Both the position numbers and the translations under genes were made by a program. DNA of 64,000 nt from Chiloscyllium plagiosum (taxonomy: Eukaryota), in assembly GCF_004010195.1 (NCBI RefSeq), contig NC_057719.1, forward strand, positions 8,517,604-8,581,603. Direction: 5' to 3'. The first letter of the stretch is position 1. Every line of letters starts with the position of its first letter. The notes below the pieces were generated by a model. That model was not told the origin of the DNA. It did not search any database and saw only the letters and a list, made by a program, of their open reading frames with translations. Positions 11,549-25,407 of this stretch are shown piece by piece.

Positions 11549-12759
11549 GTCTTGCAGGGGACTGTGGTTGGAGGCTGGAGATCATTGTATGAGATTTCCA
11601 GGACCATGTCCAACTAGAATTTGCAATAACAAGTCTTCAGCCTTCCCTGCTCACCATGGTGAGATATCTCAATGTGGAATTGATTGTTTGCAAATAAAAT
11701 GAGGAAACAGGCTGGAGCTCAATGAGAAGACAGTGAGGGATGACTTCGGCAGAGGTCTATGAGATTATGAAGAGGTTGATGTAAAAACAGTTACTCCCCA
11801 TGAATATAAGATAATCACGAATAAACCCAATGGAGAGTTCAGGAGAAATGTCTTTAACTACAGGGGAGTGACAATGTAACAGGGAGCATAGTTCTGGTCA
11901 AGAGGAACTTCAACCAACATACTGATGGGACCAAGTGAAGCAACAGCAATTGGAACATACATCATGCCAGGTGTTGTTGGGCCGAATGGCCTGTTGCTGT
12001 TCTATAATTGTTATCTGTTACTTTTTTGTGATCATCCAGCTATCACTCAGCTCATTCACTCGATCATCCCTCCCCCTCTCCCACTTTCCTAAACATCAAG
12101 ACTCAAGCCTTCCTGACTTGGAACGATATCAGCGTTCCTTCAGTGTCGCTGGGTCAGAGTTCTGGGCCTCCCAAGTTAACAGCACTGTCAGTGAAACCTA
12201 CAGCAGCAGTTCCACCTCCTTCCTGATGCTAATTGTCAAACCAATGATACCCACATTTGGTGAACTAATAAAGAAACAGCTGTACATTGTGTGGGAGTAT
12301 TAACAGTGAGAATTCTGGCTGATTTCATCTTTATACGTCGAGGGAAGACAGCTGGGTGGATATTCTGGCTGACCCCTGGCAAACCCTGATGAGTCATGTA
12401 TTAATTTCAGCATGCCAAGTATGAAGACATACTGATTTTATTTTTTTTATTCACTCACAGGATGTGAACCTTTCTGGCTAGGCCAGCATTTACTGCCCCA
12501 TTCTGAAATGCCCAGAGGGCAGTAAAAGGTCAACCACATTGCTATGAGTTCGGTAGGCCAGACCAGGTGAAGATGACAAGTTTCCCTCCCAAAAGTGAAC
12601 CAGTGTTTGAATCAAACAGCATGTTCCGACAAAAAAAAACAGACGGTGCTGGAGAAGCTCAGCAGGTCTGGCAGCATGTGTGGAGACAGAATCAAAGTTA
12701 ATGCTTGTGAGTCTCATATGACTCTTTGGAATATATCTCTCAAGCTGTTCAGAATAGGT

Positions 12760-12900
12760 AGAGGACAGACTGCACTCACACAGCTTGTTTTTGCAAACTC
12801 AAAGCAATTCGCCCACTGTTGGACATGATTGGGAAGCACTTGCTGAACAATCCAAAGTGTGCTGATGGTTATGCTAATAACAAGGTTAAAATAATCAGTC
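12760..12900 (+). mobile_element. Penelope-like element coding remnant (C-terminal GIY-YIG endonuclease region)
   Basis: Peptide IGKHLLNNPKCADGYANNKVKIIS resembles the SAIGxHL...FKII motif of PLE endonucleases and sits next to a PLE-type terminus at 12630-12730. Confidence 0.55.
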
Positions 12901-13701
12901 ATAGAGCCACAGAAATGTACAGCACGGAAACAGACCCTTTGGTCCAACCTGCCCATGCCAACCAGATATACCAACCCAATCTAGTCCAACACCCACCCCA
13001 TATCCCTCCAAACCCTTCCTATTCATATACCCATCCAGATGCCTTTTAAATGTTGCAATTGTACTGGCCTCCACTCTTAGGTCATAAACTCATAGAGATG
13101 TACAGCACGGAAACAGACGCTTCGGTCCAACTCGTCCATGCTGACCAGATATCCTAACCTAATCTAGTCCCATTTGCCAGCACTTGGCCCATATCCCTCT
13201 AAACCCTTCCTATTCAGGCTTGATGGACTGAATTGCCTACTCTTTAAACATTTTAAAAAAATCTATCAATCTCAACCTCGAATATATTCAATGACTCAGC
13301 TCATCTCTGGGGTCGAGAATTCCAAAGATTAAAGATTCATTGGGAGTAGAAATGTCTCCTCATCCTCAACTTAAGTGGCTGGTTCTTTCTGAAACTATGT
13401 CTCCTCGGTTTGGGTTTGCCCATTTGGAGAAACACCCTCTGGGCACTTGTCTCATCAAGCCTCCTTAGTATGTGATATGATTCAATAAGCTCACCCCTCA
13501 TTCTTCAATATTCCAATGAGTTTAAGTTTGTTTATCCAGCCTGGGAATGCAATTCAACCTTTCCTCATGAGACAACCACTTCATCCCCGGAATCAGCCCA
13601 GTGAAACGGCTCTGAACTTCCAGAAATATAAGCATATCGCCCCTTAAATAAGGAGACTAATACAGTACACTGTAATCCAGGTGTGGTCTCACTAATGCCC
13701 T

Positions 13702-13903
13702 GTTGAGAGTGTGGTGCCAGAAAAGTACAGCAGGTCAGGCAGCATCCGATGAGCAGGAAAATCGACTCATCTCATTCCTGATGAAGGGCTCATGCCCGAA
13801 ACGTTGATTCTCCTGTTCCTCGGATACTGCCTGACTGGCTGTGCTTTTCCAGCACCACACTTTTCGACTCTGATCGACAGCATCTGCAGTGCTCACTTTC
13901 TCC
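13702..13903. mobile_element. Palindromic Penelope-derived element with intact plus-strand hammerhead core at ~13774-13809
   Basis: CUGAUGA (13778-13784)-A-GGGC(UCAU)GCCC-GAAAC-GUU-GAUU between inverted arms. Confidence 0.78.
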
Positions 13904-13944
13904 TCCATTTTGGCCCTTCTGGTCAATGTCAGTGTTTACATTCT

Positions 13945-14265
13945 CCAGACCACTAATCCAGAGACACTCAGGTAATATTCTGGGGACCCGGGTTCGAATC
14001 CCACTGCAACAAATAGGGGAGTTTAAATTCAATAAATATCAGGGATTAATAGTTGAATGATGACCATTACCAATTGTCAGAAAAACCCATCTGGTTCACT
14101 AATCCCTTTTAGGGAAGGAAATCTGCCATCATTACCTGGTCTGGCCTATGTGTGACTCCAGACCCACAGCAATGTGATTGATTCTCAACTGCCCTCTGGG
14201 CAATTAGGGATGGGCAATGAATGCTGGCCTAGCCAGTGATGCCCATATCCCGTGAGTGAGTTAAA
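13945..14265 (+). mobile_element. Second tRNA-derived SINE family (possibly SacSINE1/DeuSINE-like); other copies ~12440-12600-, 26010-26330-, 29550-29730+, 32905-33200+, 36345-36715+, 49660-50000-, 52445-52760+
   Basis: Shared text gggttcgaatccc...aaaacccatctggttcactaat...ggaaggaaatctgcc...gtgactccagacccacagcaatg. Family name is tentative. Confidence 0.7.
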
Positions 14266-16334
14266 GGTAAAGAGCTTTGTCTCACCTTCCTCCAATGCAC
14301 AGCACCAACATATCCTAATTTAAGTCTTCTTATTTAAGGGGAGCCATGTGACATGATGGCTTAATGGTTAGCACTGCTGCCTCACAGCGCCAGGGACCTC
14401 GGTTCGATTCCAGCCTCAGGTGACTGTCTGTGTGGAGTTTGCACATTCTCCCCGTGTCTGTTTGGGTTTCCTCTGGGTGCTTCAGTTTCCTCCCACAGTC
14501 TAAAAATGTCCAAATTAGGTGAATTGGCAATTCTAAGTTGCCCGTAGTGTTCATGGGTGTGCAGGTTACATGCATTAGTCAGAGGTAAATGTAGAGTAAT
14601 AGGATAGGGGTATGGGGCTGAAGGGTTACTCTTCGGAGGGTCAGTATGGACTTGTTGGGCCAAATGGCCTGCTTCCACACCGTAGGGATTCTATGAAATA
14701 TGATCCTTCTGCTCTTTTCTCCCTCATGTATCCACCTCGCTTTCCTTAATACAACTGTGCTCTTTGCCCCAGCGACATTGTGAGCTACAATTTTTCCACA
14801 TTCTTTCCACGCTTTGAATAAAGATTATCTCTTACACTCCATGTTAGATTAACTGACTTGTATCATACCTTCATTACCCACAGATGGATTTCTGCAGGGC
14901 CTCTGGGGATGGGCTCTGAAGTTGGAAGACTGGCAAACGTACGTGGAAAGATGTTGCGCAGTGTGCTTGATGGCATCCCGATGCCATGCCATCTTGCCAA
15001 AGGTCCATTGCTAAAGCAAGCCACTTTAGTGGCCAAATACAGGCCTCTGCCCAACGTCCTCCACCTCAACCCACCTCCCCACCCACCCCTCTTGCCCACA
15101 CCTTGACTGACTCCTGTGCCATATGGGAAATTTGGCAATGGCAAACTGTGGGTGAATTAGTGGGTGATTCACTCTGGGCACACTTTGGTTCACCACCCTG
15201 GGTCTACCTGCCTGCAGCCCTCTCACCCAGGCCGTGGTACCCCAGCATCACTCCCTCCCCAAGACCACTAACCACCATCAGTCCACCCCCTCAGCCCCCA
15301 AACTCACTCCCATGCTCTCACTAAACCTGATTATGAAGGTGCTCATCTATCAATGTCTTTTCCTCTTTGAAGTGCATCCCCAGTGGCTGACCATCACCAG
15401 GGGATGGCACTACCGGAGCTGGTGCCCTTGAATTCAGCTGGCAGCTTCTGGGAGGTGTTCGCTTTATAATAGGCTGAGAGACCTGACTTCATTCCTCACA
15501 GCTCCTTCAGCTTCCTCTCCCTCAACAAGCGGCAACAATTCTCTACTTCTTCAATGGTAAACCCTTCAGGAAATGCGAAATGTCCTCTTTTTGAGGCTTG
15601 TTCAATCTTTCATGATAGTTTTAGCTTTGCCTTTCCATAATCTTTGCAGAAAATACTTCTGTTTGCTCCTCCAGCAGTCCCTGCATGTCCTTTATGGGCT
15701 CTTTGTAAGAGATTTCATGCTGTGATTGGCCCATGTCCCAATGACTTCAATAGAGTGTAGAAAGAAAGATCAGCAACATGAACCACTAACTCCTAACTCT
15801 AACTCTGTTCAACTGCAATGGAGTAAATTGAAGAGAAACTCTTTCCAATGACAACATGATTTGTAACTATATGACCAAGATTTAAGGTAATGAACAAAGA
15901 ATTTTGAGGCAAAATGAGGACCATTCTTATTTTCTAACAAGGTATGAATTGTTGTGATCTGGGATGTACTTTCTGTGAGCATGCCCAGAAACATATTCTT
16001 GTAATAATTTTACAAAAGGCTATTAAGGGCTTTTGTGCCTCAGTGGTAGCATTCCTGCCTCAAGGTCAGAAGGTCTGGATTCAGGTCTCCTTCTGTCTCA
16101 GAGGTGTATGTTCAATGTTCAATGTTCAATGAACAGGTCAATTCAGATTAGGAATTGGTGAGGTGAGATGGAAATGAAAGGCGGGTATTAGAAATCTTGA
16201 AAATACAAACAGAAAGTTCTGGAGAAACTCAGCAGATCTGGCCTCATCTGTGGAGCATAGAGAAAATTTAATGTTTAGAGTCCAAGGTGACTTCTTCAGA
16301 ACAATATGTCTTCTGCTTCATTGTTCCTTTAGTG

Positions 16335-16993
16335 TGGTCCTAGATAGACAGGATAGTGAAGAAGGTGTTTCGCATTCTTGCCTTTATTGGTCAGTGCATT
16401 GAGTATAGGAATTGGAAGGTCATGTTGAGGCTGTACAGGACATTGGCCAGGCTACTTTTCTGTGCAGTTCTGGTCTCCCTGCTATACGAAGGATGTTGTG
16501 AAATTTGAAAGGAATCAGAAAAAAATTGACAAGGATGTTGCCAAGGCTGGATGGTTGGAGCTATAGGAGAGGTTGAATAGGCTGGGGCTGTTTTCCCTGG
16601 AGCATTGCAGGCTGAGGGATGACCTTATAGAGGTTGATGAAATTATGAGGGGCGTGGATAGGGTGAATAGGCAAGGTCTTTCCTCAGGGTAGCAGAGTCC
16701 AAAACTAGAAGGGATAGGTTTAGGGTGAGAGGGGAAAGATTTAAAAGGGGCAATATTTTCACACAGTGGCTGGTGCATGTATGGAATGAGCTGCCAGAGG
16801 ATGTGGTGGAGGCTGTTACAATTACAACATTTAAAAGGCATCTGGATGGGTATGTGAATAGGAAGGGTTTACAGGGATATGGGCCAAATGCTGGCAAATG
16901 GGACTGGATTAATTTAGGATATCTGGTTGGTATGGACGAATTGGACCGAAGGGTCTGTTTCCGTGCTGTACATCTCTATGACTCTATGACTCT
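16335..16993 (+). mobile_element. CR1 3' fragment
   Basis: WNELPEDVVEA..FKRHLDGY motif and ctctatgactct tail. Confidence 0.9.
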
Positions 16994-19900
16994 TCGGTAG
17001 AGTGAGTCTCATTGGCCAGCTGCTTTAACACGGTAGCACGCGTGTGATGGTCTGAACAGCCTCATTTGTGATTCCACAATTCTGGATCTCTCCTGAGGCC
17101 CCAGCATAACACAGTCCATGCTCAAAATATATTAGACTGCGCACAGCTTCCGTCAGACCCGTTCAGGAGTACAGTGCTCAGTTTTGGATGGTGTGTCCTT
17201 GGTAACAACATTCCCGCACAGTAACACCAGAGTGATACCAGAGCTGCCAGATTTCTCACCACGTTGCCATTCTCTGGACAACTGAATGGTGTCAATAGGT
17301 CACGATGCAGAAAATGTTAAAAAGGATTAGGGTTAGGATTAGAATTAGATAGAATGGCCAGCTATAGAGAAACTATATTGTCTGGCAAGTTTGGGCTGGG
17401 GGATGCAGAGCAATATTGAGGAATAAGGGGGGGACCCAAGCTTTAGGTTAGAATTGAGTCCTTTAAGGCTGCAAGGGGGTAGAGCTTAAAATGTACTGGA
17501 AATCTTGCACATTCTCCCTCAACGGGTGCTTTCATTTTGAGATCGACAGGTAAGGATATTCAGGGTTACAGAACCAAGGTGAACTCCAGCCCAGTCATGA
17601 TCCAATTCGTAGAATTATAGAATCCAACATAAGATTTTGTGGTAATTTGATACCGTGCAATATCTCAGCTATGCAACCAGTAATTTAATGTGAAATATTG
17701 AAAGTCATCTGGAGAGCTGCTTTGTGAAGAGTCAGTGCAGCCTATGTTTTGGCAAGATAAAAGATAAATAGCAAAATTAGCTCGAATCGGTGAGAAATTT
17801 TGAGAGGATTGCACAGGGACCTGTGAAGGATTCATTTCTGAGCAAATTCTAATCAGCATTTTTCTCAATCACCATGGCATTTGATTGCTTGACATTAACC
17901 AAACGCATTCAAATTTACAGATGTATGAGACGAATATTAAAAGATTGACTCAGGGCTCATTGAAAAGACGGAGAATACAAGTGTGAAAGACTGGTGCCTG
18001 GGGATTAATAAATTATCACTGACACCACGATAGTGATCAGTTTCATCAAATAAGACAGCAGTAATCCTGAGTGCAGGAAGTCACGTATTAACAGAAGCAG
18101 AGGCAGAAGAGAAGGGCATTCAGTCCCATAAGCCTGCTCTGTCAGTCCATTGGGTAGCTCAGTGGTTAGCACTGCTGCCTCACAGTGCCAGGGACTCTGG
18201 TTTGATCCCACCCTTGGGTGACGGTTTGTTTGGAGTTTGCACTTTCTCTTCGTGTCTTATAGGCTTCCTCCCACAGGCCAAAGATATGCAGGTTGGCCAT
18301 GCTAAGTTGCCCTGTCATACTCTTCAGAGGGTCAGTATAGACCCAATGGTCCAAATGGCCTTCCTTCCAACTTGTCCATGCTCCCAGACTAAACTAGCCC
18401 CACTTGCCTGCATTTGGCCCATTTCCCTCTAAACCTTTCCTATTCATGTACAAGTTCCAAATATCTTTTAAATGCTGGAACTGTACCTGCGCCTCCTCTG
18501 TCAGTTCATTCCACATAAGAACCAACCTCTGTGTGAATTTCTGTAGTGCATCTTGTAGATAGTACGCACTGCTGCTACTGAGCGTCAGTGGTGGAGAGAG
18601 TGGATGTTTGTGGATGTGATGCCAATCAAGCGGGGCAGCTTTGTCCTGGATGGTGTCAAGCTTCTTGAGTGCTATTGGAGCTGCACCCACCCAGACAAGT
18701 GGGGAGTATTCCATGACATTCCTGACCTGTGCCTTGTAGATGGTGGGCAGGCTTTGTGGGGTCAGGTAAGTTATTCACTACAGAATTCCTAGCCTCTGAC
18801 CTGCTCTTGTAGCCTCTATATTTATGCATGGTCCAGTTGAGTTTCTGGTCAATGGTAACCCTTGAGGATGTTGATAATGGGGGATTCAGAGATGGTGAAG
18901 TGTCAAGGGGTGGTGATTAAATTATCTCTTATTGGCTGCTTAATGGTTTCAACTCGCTACCTCCCCAAACCTTCTCTGCTGTGGCTGAGACAGCTTAGAA
19001 ACTGGGGTGGCCTGTCTGATGGGTTTAAAGGTGGCAGGGTAGGTTGGGGTTTGGCTTCAATTGCCTTAATGGTAGGGGAAATTGAGTGCATGGATAGTGG
19101 GTATAGAAGTGGCTTCCACAAGCCTTGCTTTTGATCCTCTCTCACATTATTGTATACCCTCTCATTGTAGCTCAGGAATAGACCTTGACAGAAGGTCCTT
19201 AGGCCAGAGTTGTTACCATCTTCTGAATGGCTGGCACTTCCTGGGCACCTCAGAACAGAAATAAAAACCCTGTAAAACTTACAAATAACATACCCTAGTC
19301 TAACTTACTTAATACCACAGAATAGTGATCCAGTTCAACTCGGGCATTCATTTCCAAGTGTATGTGTCTTGTTTTCTCTCTGGGACAGTAGTTTTGAGTT
19401 GTCTGTTAGAGCAGGAAACTCACTAATGCTTTGTCTAGCAGCTTTTCAATGTATTGACGGGCATGGAGAGTCATCTCATTGGTAGGGCTTCTGTGTTTGG
19501 AACCACCTTACACACTTACTCACACTCTGAGGAAAATGATTGGGAAAATCAAGGCCAAATTATTGCATTTACTTCTTTCAGGTAGTGCATTTCACATCAC
19601 AACAACCCACCACGTTAAAAATAAAGATCATTTCTCCACATTTCCCCCCCCCCCCCCCCACCCCCTTTGCCAGTTATGATGATTGTCTGAAAAGCTGATG
19701 AAACAATTGGTGCTGTTGAGAGATGCAAGTGATTATTGATCCTGACTCATCTCCACAGGACACCATAGAGGCCCTTGACTAGAGGCATTTAGAGACAGCA
19801 CTAAATAGGGCCATGTGAAGGCTTGGGGACTGCAATTACTTTGCTATCTTGGAACCTGGACTCAAGGGAAAAACTGCCTGGTACTTTCTGCCCCTTATTG

Positions 19901-20009
19901 CTATCGCGTCGAGTTGTTGAACCAGAATCGTCAAGGGAAGCACCTTTAACAGAGCATGGGGAGAATAGCTGGCACCACACTGCTTCTTAGCCCTTTCATT
20001 AGAGGCTGT

Positions 20010-20230
20010 CTCATTAGGTAAAAGGTAAAGTTTCCCTAGTCCTATTCTCTTATCAGAGAGAGAGAGAGAGAGAGAGAGACGACTGGGTGGTGGTTTAACT
20101 TGAGGCTCATCATACCTCAGCTGAGAAAGAGAGTCCTTCATGGGAACCTCAGATGGTGTGGGAATTGAACCTCTGCTGTTGGCATCACTCTGCATTGCAA
20201 ACTAACTGTCAGGCAACTGAGCGAACCAAC
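20010..20230 (-). mobile_element. Third SINE-like family; other copies ~52310-52880+ (split by a SINE), 44760-44850-, 45500-45620, 60760-60880+
   Basis: Shared ggttcaattccc...tgaggtt..catgaaggactc...ctcaggttaaacca...tctctctct motif. Confidence 0.6.
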
Positions 20231-21341
20231 GTCCCCCCTGCCTATCAGTATAAGCTCACTGCACAAGTAGCATTTCTGAAGTATCTGTTCTACGATTGTA
20301 CAAATACGTGCTCTGAAACCAAATTTCAAAACACCACTGTGCTTTGAGTCAGCATCTGAAATGGTCCCTGCTGAACAGGAGAATCTAGGTGGTAGTAATG
20401 TAGAGGTTTAATCTTCATAGCAGAGCAGCAGGAGCGCTCTGAATAAAAGGCAGTAGACTGGGATTTCAGACACGCAAAACGAAACTGGAGTACATGGATG
20501 CAGATGTTATGCTGCAGTTATAAAACCCTGGTTGGACCCCACCTGGATTACTGAGTTGGGCACCACAGATTTGGGCATCACCACCTTAGGAAGATACATT
20601 GGTCGATGAAATACAACACGGGTTCACAACAATGATACCTGGACTTCAGGAGTTCAGTTACGAGCAACGATTACACAAACTAAGCCTGTTTTCTCTAAAC
20701 ATTTAAAGGGTGAAAGGGTGATCAGATGGAAAACTTCAAAATATTAAAATGTCAGATAAAGCTAAACTGTTTCCACTGGTTGAAGTATCTAGGACTAGGG
20801 GGAATGATCTGGGTATTAGGCTCAGACTGTTCAGGGGAGATGCTAGGATGCACATCCACACACAAAGGGTGGCAGAGGTCTGGAACTCTCTTCCACAAGT
20901 GGCAGTGGATGCTGGATCAGTTGTTGTTTTGAAATCTGAGATAGATATATTTTTGCTAAGGAAAAATACTAAGGCATATGGGCCAAAGGCAGGTATACTG
21001 AGTTAGGCCACAGGTTAGCCAGCAAGTTATTGAATGGTGGAACAGGCCTGAAGGGGCTGAATGACCTATTTTTGTTCCTATGTTCCCACACCACCTGAAA
21101 TTTTAATTTCAGATTTGATGCAGAATTACATGGAGTGTGCATTGTAGAAACAGGCCGCTTAGTCCAAATGATCCGTGCTGGTGTCCATGCTCTGTGTACG
21201 CCTCCTCCCATCTCATCCAGATCTAACCCGAACCATCTGATTCCTTATCTGATTTCCCTTTAATGCTGTTCACCTCAACAACACAGGTGAAGCTGTGGGT
21301 TCCATAGCCTAACCACTCCTACTGGGCTATGAGTGAAAATT

Positions 21342-21557
21342 GTTGAAACTTTATTGCTGGAACAGCACAGCAGGTCAGGCAGCATCCAGGGAACAGGAGA
21401 TTCGACGTTTCGGGCACAGGCCCTTCTTCAGGAATGAAGAAGGGCCTGTGCCCGAAACGTCGAATCTCCTGTTCCCTGGATGCTGCCTGACCTGCTGTGC
21501 TGTTCCAGCAATAAAGTTTCAACTTTGATCTCCAGCATCTGCAGACCTCACTTTCTC
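21342..21557. mobile_element. Palindromic Penelope-derived element, young copy, with hammerhead core
   Basis: Perfect 89-bp inverted repeat (21342-21430 / 21435-21523) with a 4-nt loop and a one-sided ~34-nt tail. Flanked by the 17-bp direct repeat ctatgagtgaaaattgt (21327-21343, 21558-21574). Confidence 0.85.
21400..21435 (-). ncRNA. Minimal type I hammerhead ribozyme motif
   Basis: AUUC-CUGAAGA-A-GGGC(CUGU)GCCC-GAAAC-GUC-GAAU: conserved core, 4-bp stem II, 4-bp stem I, palindromic ACGU stem III. Predicted cut between 21404 and 21403. Confidence 0.75.
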
Positions 21558-22294
21558 CTATGAGTGAAAATTGTAGATTTATAATGTGAGGAAAATTTGA
21601 TGTCTAATGCATCCAAGAATGCTACATCTAAATCCAAGTAATGGGTTCCTCAGTGGCTCCCATTGAATCTTCCAAGAGCCAATATGATTACATGGGATAA
21701 ATAGCTCAGCTGAAGGACAACTGTTACATGACAAAAAGGCCGTTTGACCCTTGCTGTCTCTCTGACTCTCTGAGCGTTTTAACTTTGTGCCAATCTCATG
21801 CCTTTTCCAGCCCATCCTTGACACACTTGCCGAAGGACAAACGCCATGCGTGCTGTTTCCATTGAAATTATTATCACCACATCTCCAGGCAGTGCTTTGC
21901 CGATCTGAATTGTGTGAAATCATTGTTTCTCATTTGCTACTTCTGCAAAATATTGTGCTCTCATGTGCAAGAACAGAGTACGTAACTATCCTGCACAGAC
22001 GTGACATAATCTTGAAAAGCTATCTCTGATCTCCTTTGAGCCACCTTCTCCTCAAGGAGAATGGTCCTAATCTTTTCAATCTATCCTCATACTTTAAGGT
22101 TTTCATCCCTGGAAGCAGTTTCATGAACCTTGTCCATGTGCTCTCCAATGTATTCACATCTTTCTATAGCGTTGTGCCCTTAACAGGATACAACAACCCA
22201 GCTGAGGTCGGACAAATGTCCTATCTAAGTTCAGCATCACCACCTTACATTTGCACTTTATGCCTCTATTAATGAAGATACTTGGGTAACAATT

Positions 22295-23110
22295 GATTCT
22301 GGTCTCCCTCCTATAGAAAAGATGATATGAAATTTGAAAGGGCTCAGAAAAGATTTACAAGGATGTTGCCAGGGTTGGAGGGTTTGAGCTATAGGGAGAG
22401 GCTGAATAGGCTGGGGCTGTTTTCCCTGGAGCGTCGGAGGTTGAAGGGGTCACCTTAAAGAAGTTTATAAAATCATGAGGGGCATGGATAGGGTAAATAC
22501 ACAAAGTCTTTTCCACAGAGTAGGGGATTCCAACACAAGTGTGGACAGGTTTAAGGCGAGGGGAAAGATTTGAAAGAGACCTGAGGGGCAATGGTTTCAT
22601 GCAGCAGATAATGCATTGATAGAATGAGCTTCCAGATAAAGTAGTGGACGCTGGTACAATTACAACATTTAATTGGGCATCACGATGGCTCAGTGATTAG
22701 CATTGCAGGCTCACAGCACCAGAGACACGGGTTAAATCCCAGCCTCGGGTGACTGCCCTTGGGGCGTTTGCACATTCTCCTCGTGTCTGTGTGGGTTTCC
22801 TCCCACAGTCCAAAGACATGCAGGTTAGGTGGATTGGCCATGCTAAATTGCCCCATACTGTGCAAAGACATACAGGCTAGCTGGATTAGCCATGGGCATT
22901 AGAGGGGTGTGATGTTCTTTGAAGGGCCAGTGTGGACTTGATTGGCCGAATTCACACCACAGGTATTCCAAGAGGCATCTGGATGGGTATATGAATAGGA
23001 AGAGTTTAGAGGGATATGGGCCAAGTGCTGGCAAATGGGACTAATTTAATTTGGGATATCTGGTCAGCATGGATGAATTGGACCGAAGGGTCTATTTCTG
23101 GACTGCACAC
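22295..23110 (+). mobile_element. CR1 3' fragment interrupted by an HE1 SINE (~22680-22950)
   Basis: CR1 text stops at acaacattta and resumes at agaggcatctggatggg after the SINE. Confidence 0.82.
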
Positions 23111-24581
23111 CTCTGCCTGTCCTAACACCTTTAATGACTTATGTTCACATACTCCCAGATGTCTCTGTTCCTGTATGCCCTATATTTGACACTGTCTGTT
23201 CATGTTCTTTGTACAAAAATGTACTACTTCACACTTATACACAGTGAACATCATCCTCGTCTGAATCTGCACTCAACCTCCCCAAACCTCCTGGTCAATA
23301 GAATTGTACCATTCAGACAACATTGCCGTAACAAGCAATCTTTGAGATGGTATATTATCGTTGCTGAATGTGGAACGAATCCTTCTCTACACCAGGTAAG
23401 CAGGGGGAGAAAGGTGAGGCAGATTAATCTCTCATGATCAATAACACTTCGAAACCAGTCACATCATCGTGCTGTGCATTTAGTAAGAAATGATGAACAA
23501 CAAATCACTTAGCCATCCCTTCTCTTTGTCAAGGTAGTTCCAGTTTAATTACTGAAGCAGTTATTTACGACCCCAAATGCAGTGGACAAACAGAAAGTTA
23601 TTACTTTGGGAAGGCTTCTTATATACATTGTAAATCAGGGCATTATTAATAAGCTAGTGATCTTCCAAACTCAATGGCCTGTTCAAAGGAAATGGATTAA
23701 GTCTCTCTCCACATTCAGACGTTGTTTAGGAGTGCTGGAGATTTACGACATCCCATTTGTGTAGAAGCCAATGCAGAGAAAACACAGCAAAGCAAAAGGC
23801 CTTAATTGCCACACTTTTCTTTCTGGAAGGTTCTGTGAAGTTGTTAAAAAAAGCTGTCATTGGAGCGACATGGAGTTGGCCAGTTTCAAAGAAATGTTTT
23901 CCAACCTGAAGCTTAGGACGGAGGGTGCAGGTGATTAACATGATGGCTAGCCTCCACGCTCTAGACTCTCAGCTGGCTCATTGCTACAATCTCTTCCTAT
24001 ACTAAGCCGCGCAGCATTCGGAAGTCAGAGTCATCCAACCAGACCATAATCCCAAACTAAAATTAGTCCCACCTGCCTGCTCCTGGCCCATGTCCCTCCA
24101 AAGCTTTTTCACACAGAGGGTGGTACGGGTATGGAAGAGAAAGTGGTACAATTGCAACATTTAAGAGGCATTTGGATGGGTATATGAATAGGAAGGGTTT
24201 AGAGGGATATGGCAGGTGGGACTAGATTGGGTTGGGATATCTGGTCGGCATGGACGGGTTGGACCGAAGGGGCTGTTTCCATGCTGTACATCTCTATGAC
24301 TCGATGACTCTATTCATGTAATTATCCAAATGTTTTTTAAATGTGCCCATATCCATCACTTCCTCAGGAAGTTCATTCCAAAAGCCAACCGCCCTCTTTA
24401 TAAAAAATCAAACCCTCAAGGCTTTTTTCAAATCTCTCTCCTGTCACGGTAAATATGTGCCGCCCCACCCCAGTCTTGAAACCCCAATCCTAGGGAAAAG
24501 CCACTAATCGCATCTACGCACTCCCCCACCTCTCCCCCATGATTTTATAAACCTCTATAAGGTCACCTCTCATCGTCCAGT

Positions 24582-24766
24582 GACAAAGTGAGGACTCCAG
24601 GTGCTGGAGATCAGAGTCAAAACGTGTGCCGCTGGAAAAGCACAACGAGTCAGGTAGCATCCGAGGAACAGGAGAACTCATGAAGGGCTTATGCCCGAAA
24701 CGTCGATTCTCCTGTTCCTCAGATGCTGCCTGAACTGCTGTGCTTTTCCAGCGCCACACTTTTCGA
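24582..24766. mobile_element. Palindromic Penelope-derived element nested in a minus-strand CR1; hammerhead core mutated (CUCAUGA)
   Basis: Shared arm sequence gctggaaaagcac...ggcagcatccgagg and its inverse. Confidence 0.75.
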
Positions 24767-25407
24767 TGCTCAACCTCCTACGCTCCAGTGAAAAAAGTCC
24801 CAGCCTTTCTTTGGAACTCAAACCTTCCATACCCGGCAACATCCTGGTAAATCTCTTCCAAACCCCCTCCTGCTGAATAGTATCCTTCCTGTGTCGAAAC
24901 ACAAAGGCGAGGGATGGAGAAGAAAAAGAGAAGGCACAATTTCAAACTATTTTGAATGCGAACTGGAAACACAGGAATTCATAACCCGGCTGAATCGTAA
25001 CTTAGGGATTCACAGGCAATTGCCGGCCTTTACTGACACTCACCATGTCTTTGCATTGGAGGGGTTACATTTTGTCGGAAGTGAAAGATGAGGGCCAATT
25101 TTGTTTCCCATTTTATTCATGCATGGCATGTGTGTATCACTGGAAAAGCCAGCATTTGTCACTTGCCCTTAATTGTCCTTGAACTGGGTGGCATGCCAGG
25201 TTGCCTCAGAGGGTGGTTGGAATTCAAAAGGCATGTTGTCAGCATGGAGTTGGGCAGGCCTTCTCTCGTCTGCCTGTGGTGTGGCTGCATCCTTTCTTGT
25301 ATGCGGTTTGGCTGGCATCCTGGTTGGCATTTGTCCCTTGACCGGTGTGTCAAGGATGGGTTGGCTGGTTCTTCATCCACTGCTGTTTGCAGGAGACTAT
25401 TCTCCAC

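Noticed and set aside
11300..11702. Cys/Val- and Thr/His-rich ORFs
   Set aside because: Translations of a (TG)n microsatellite.
21319..21528. Twin near-identical ORFs on opposite strands
   Set aside because: Artefact of the perfect palindrome, not a gene pair or toxin-antitoxin module.
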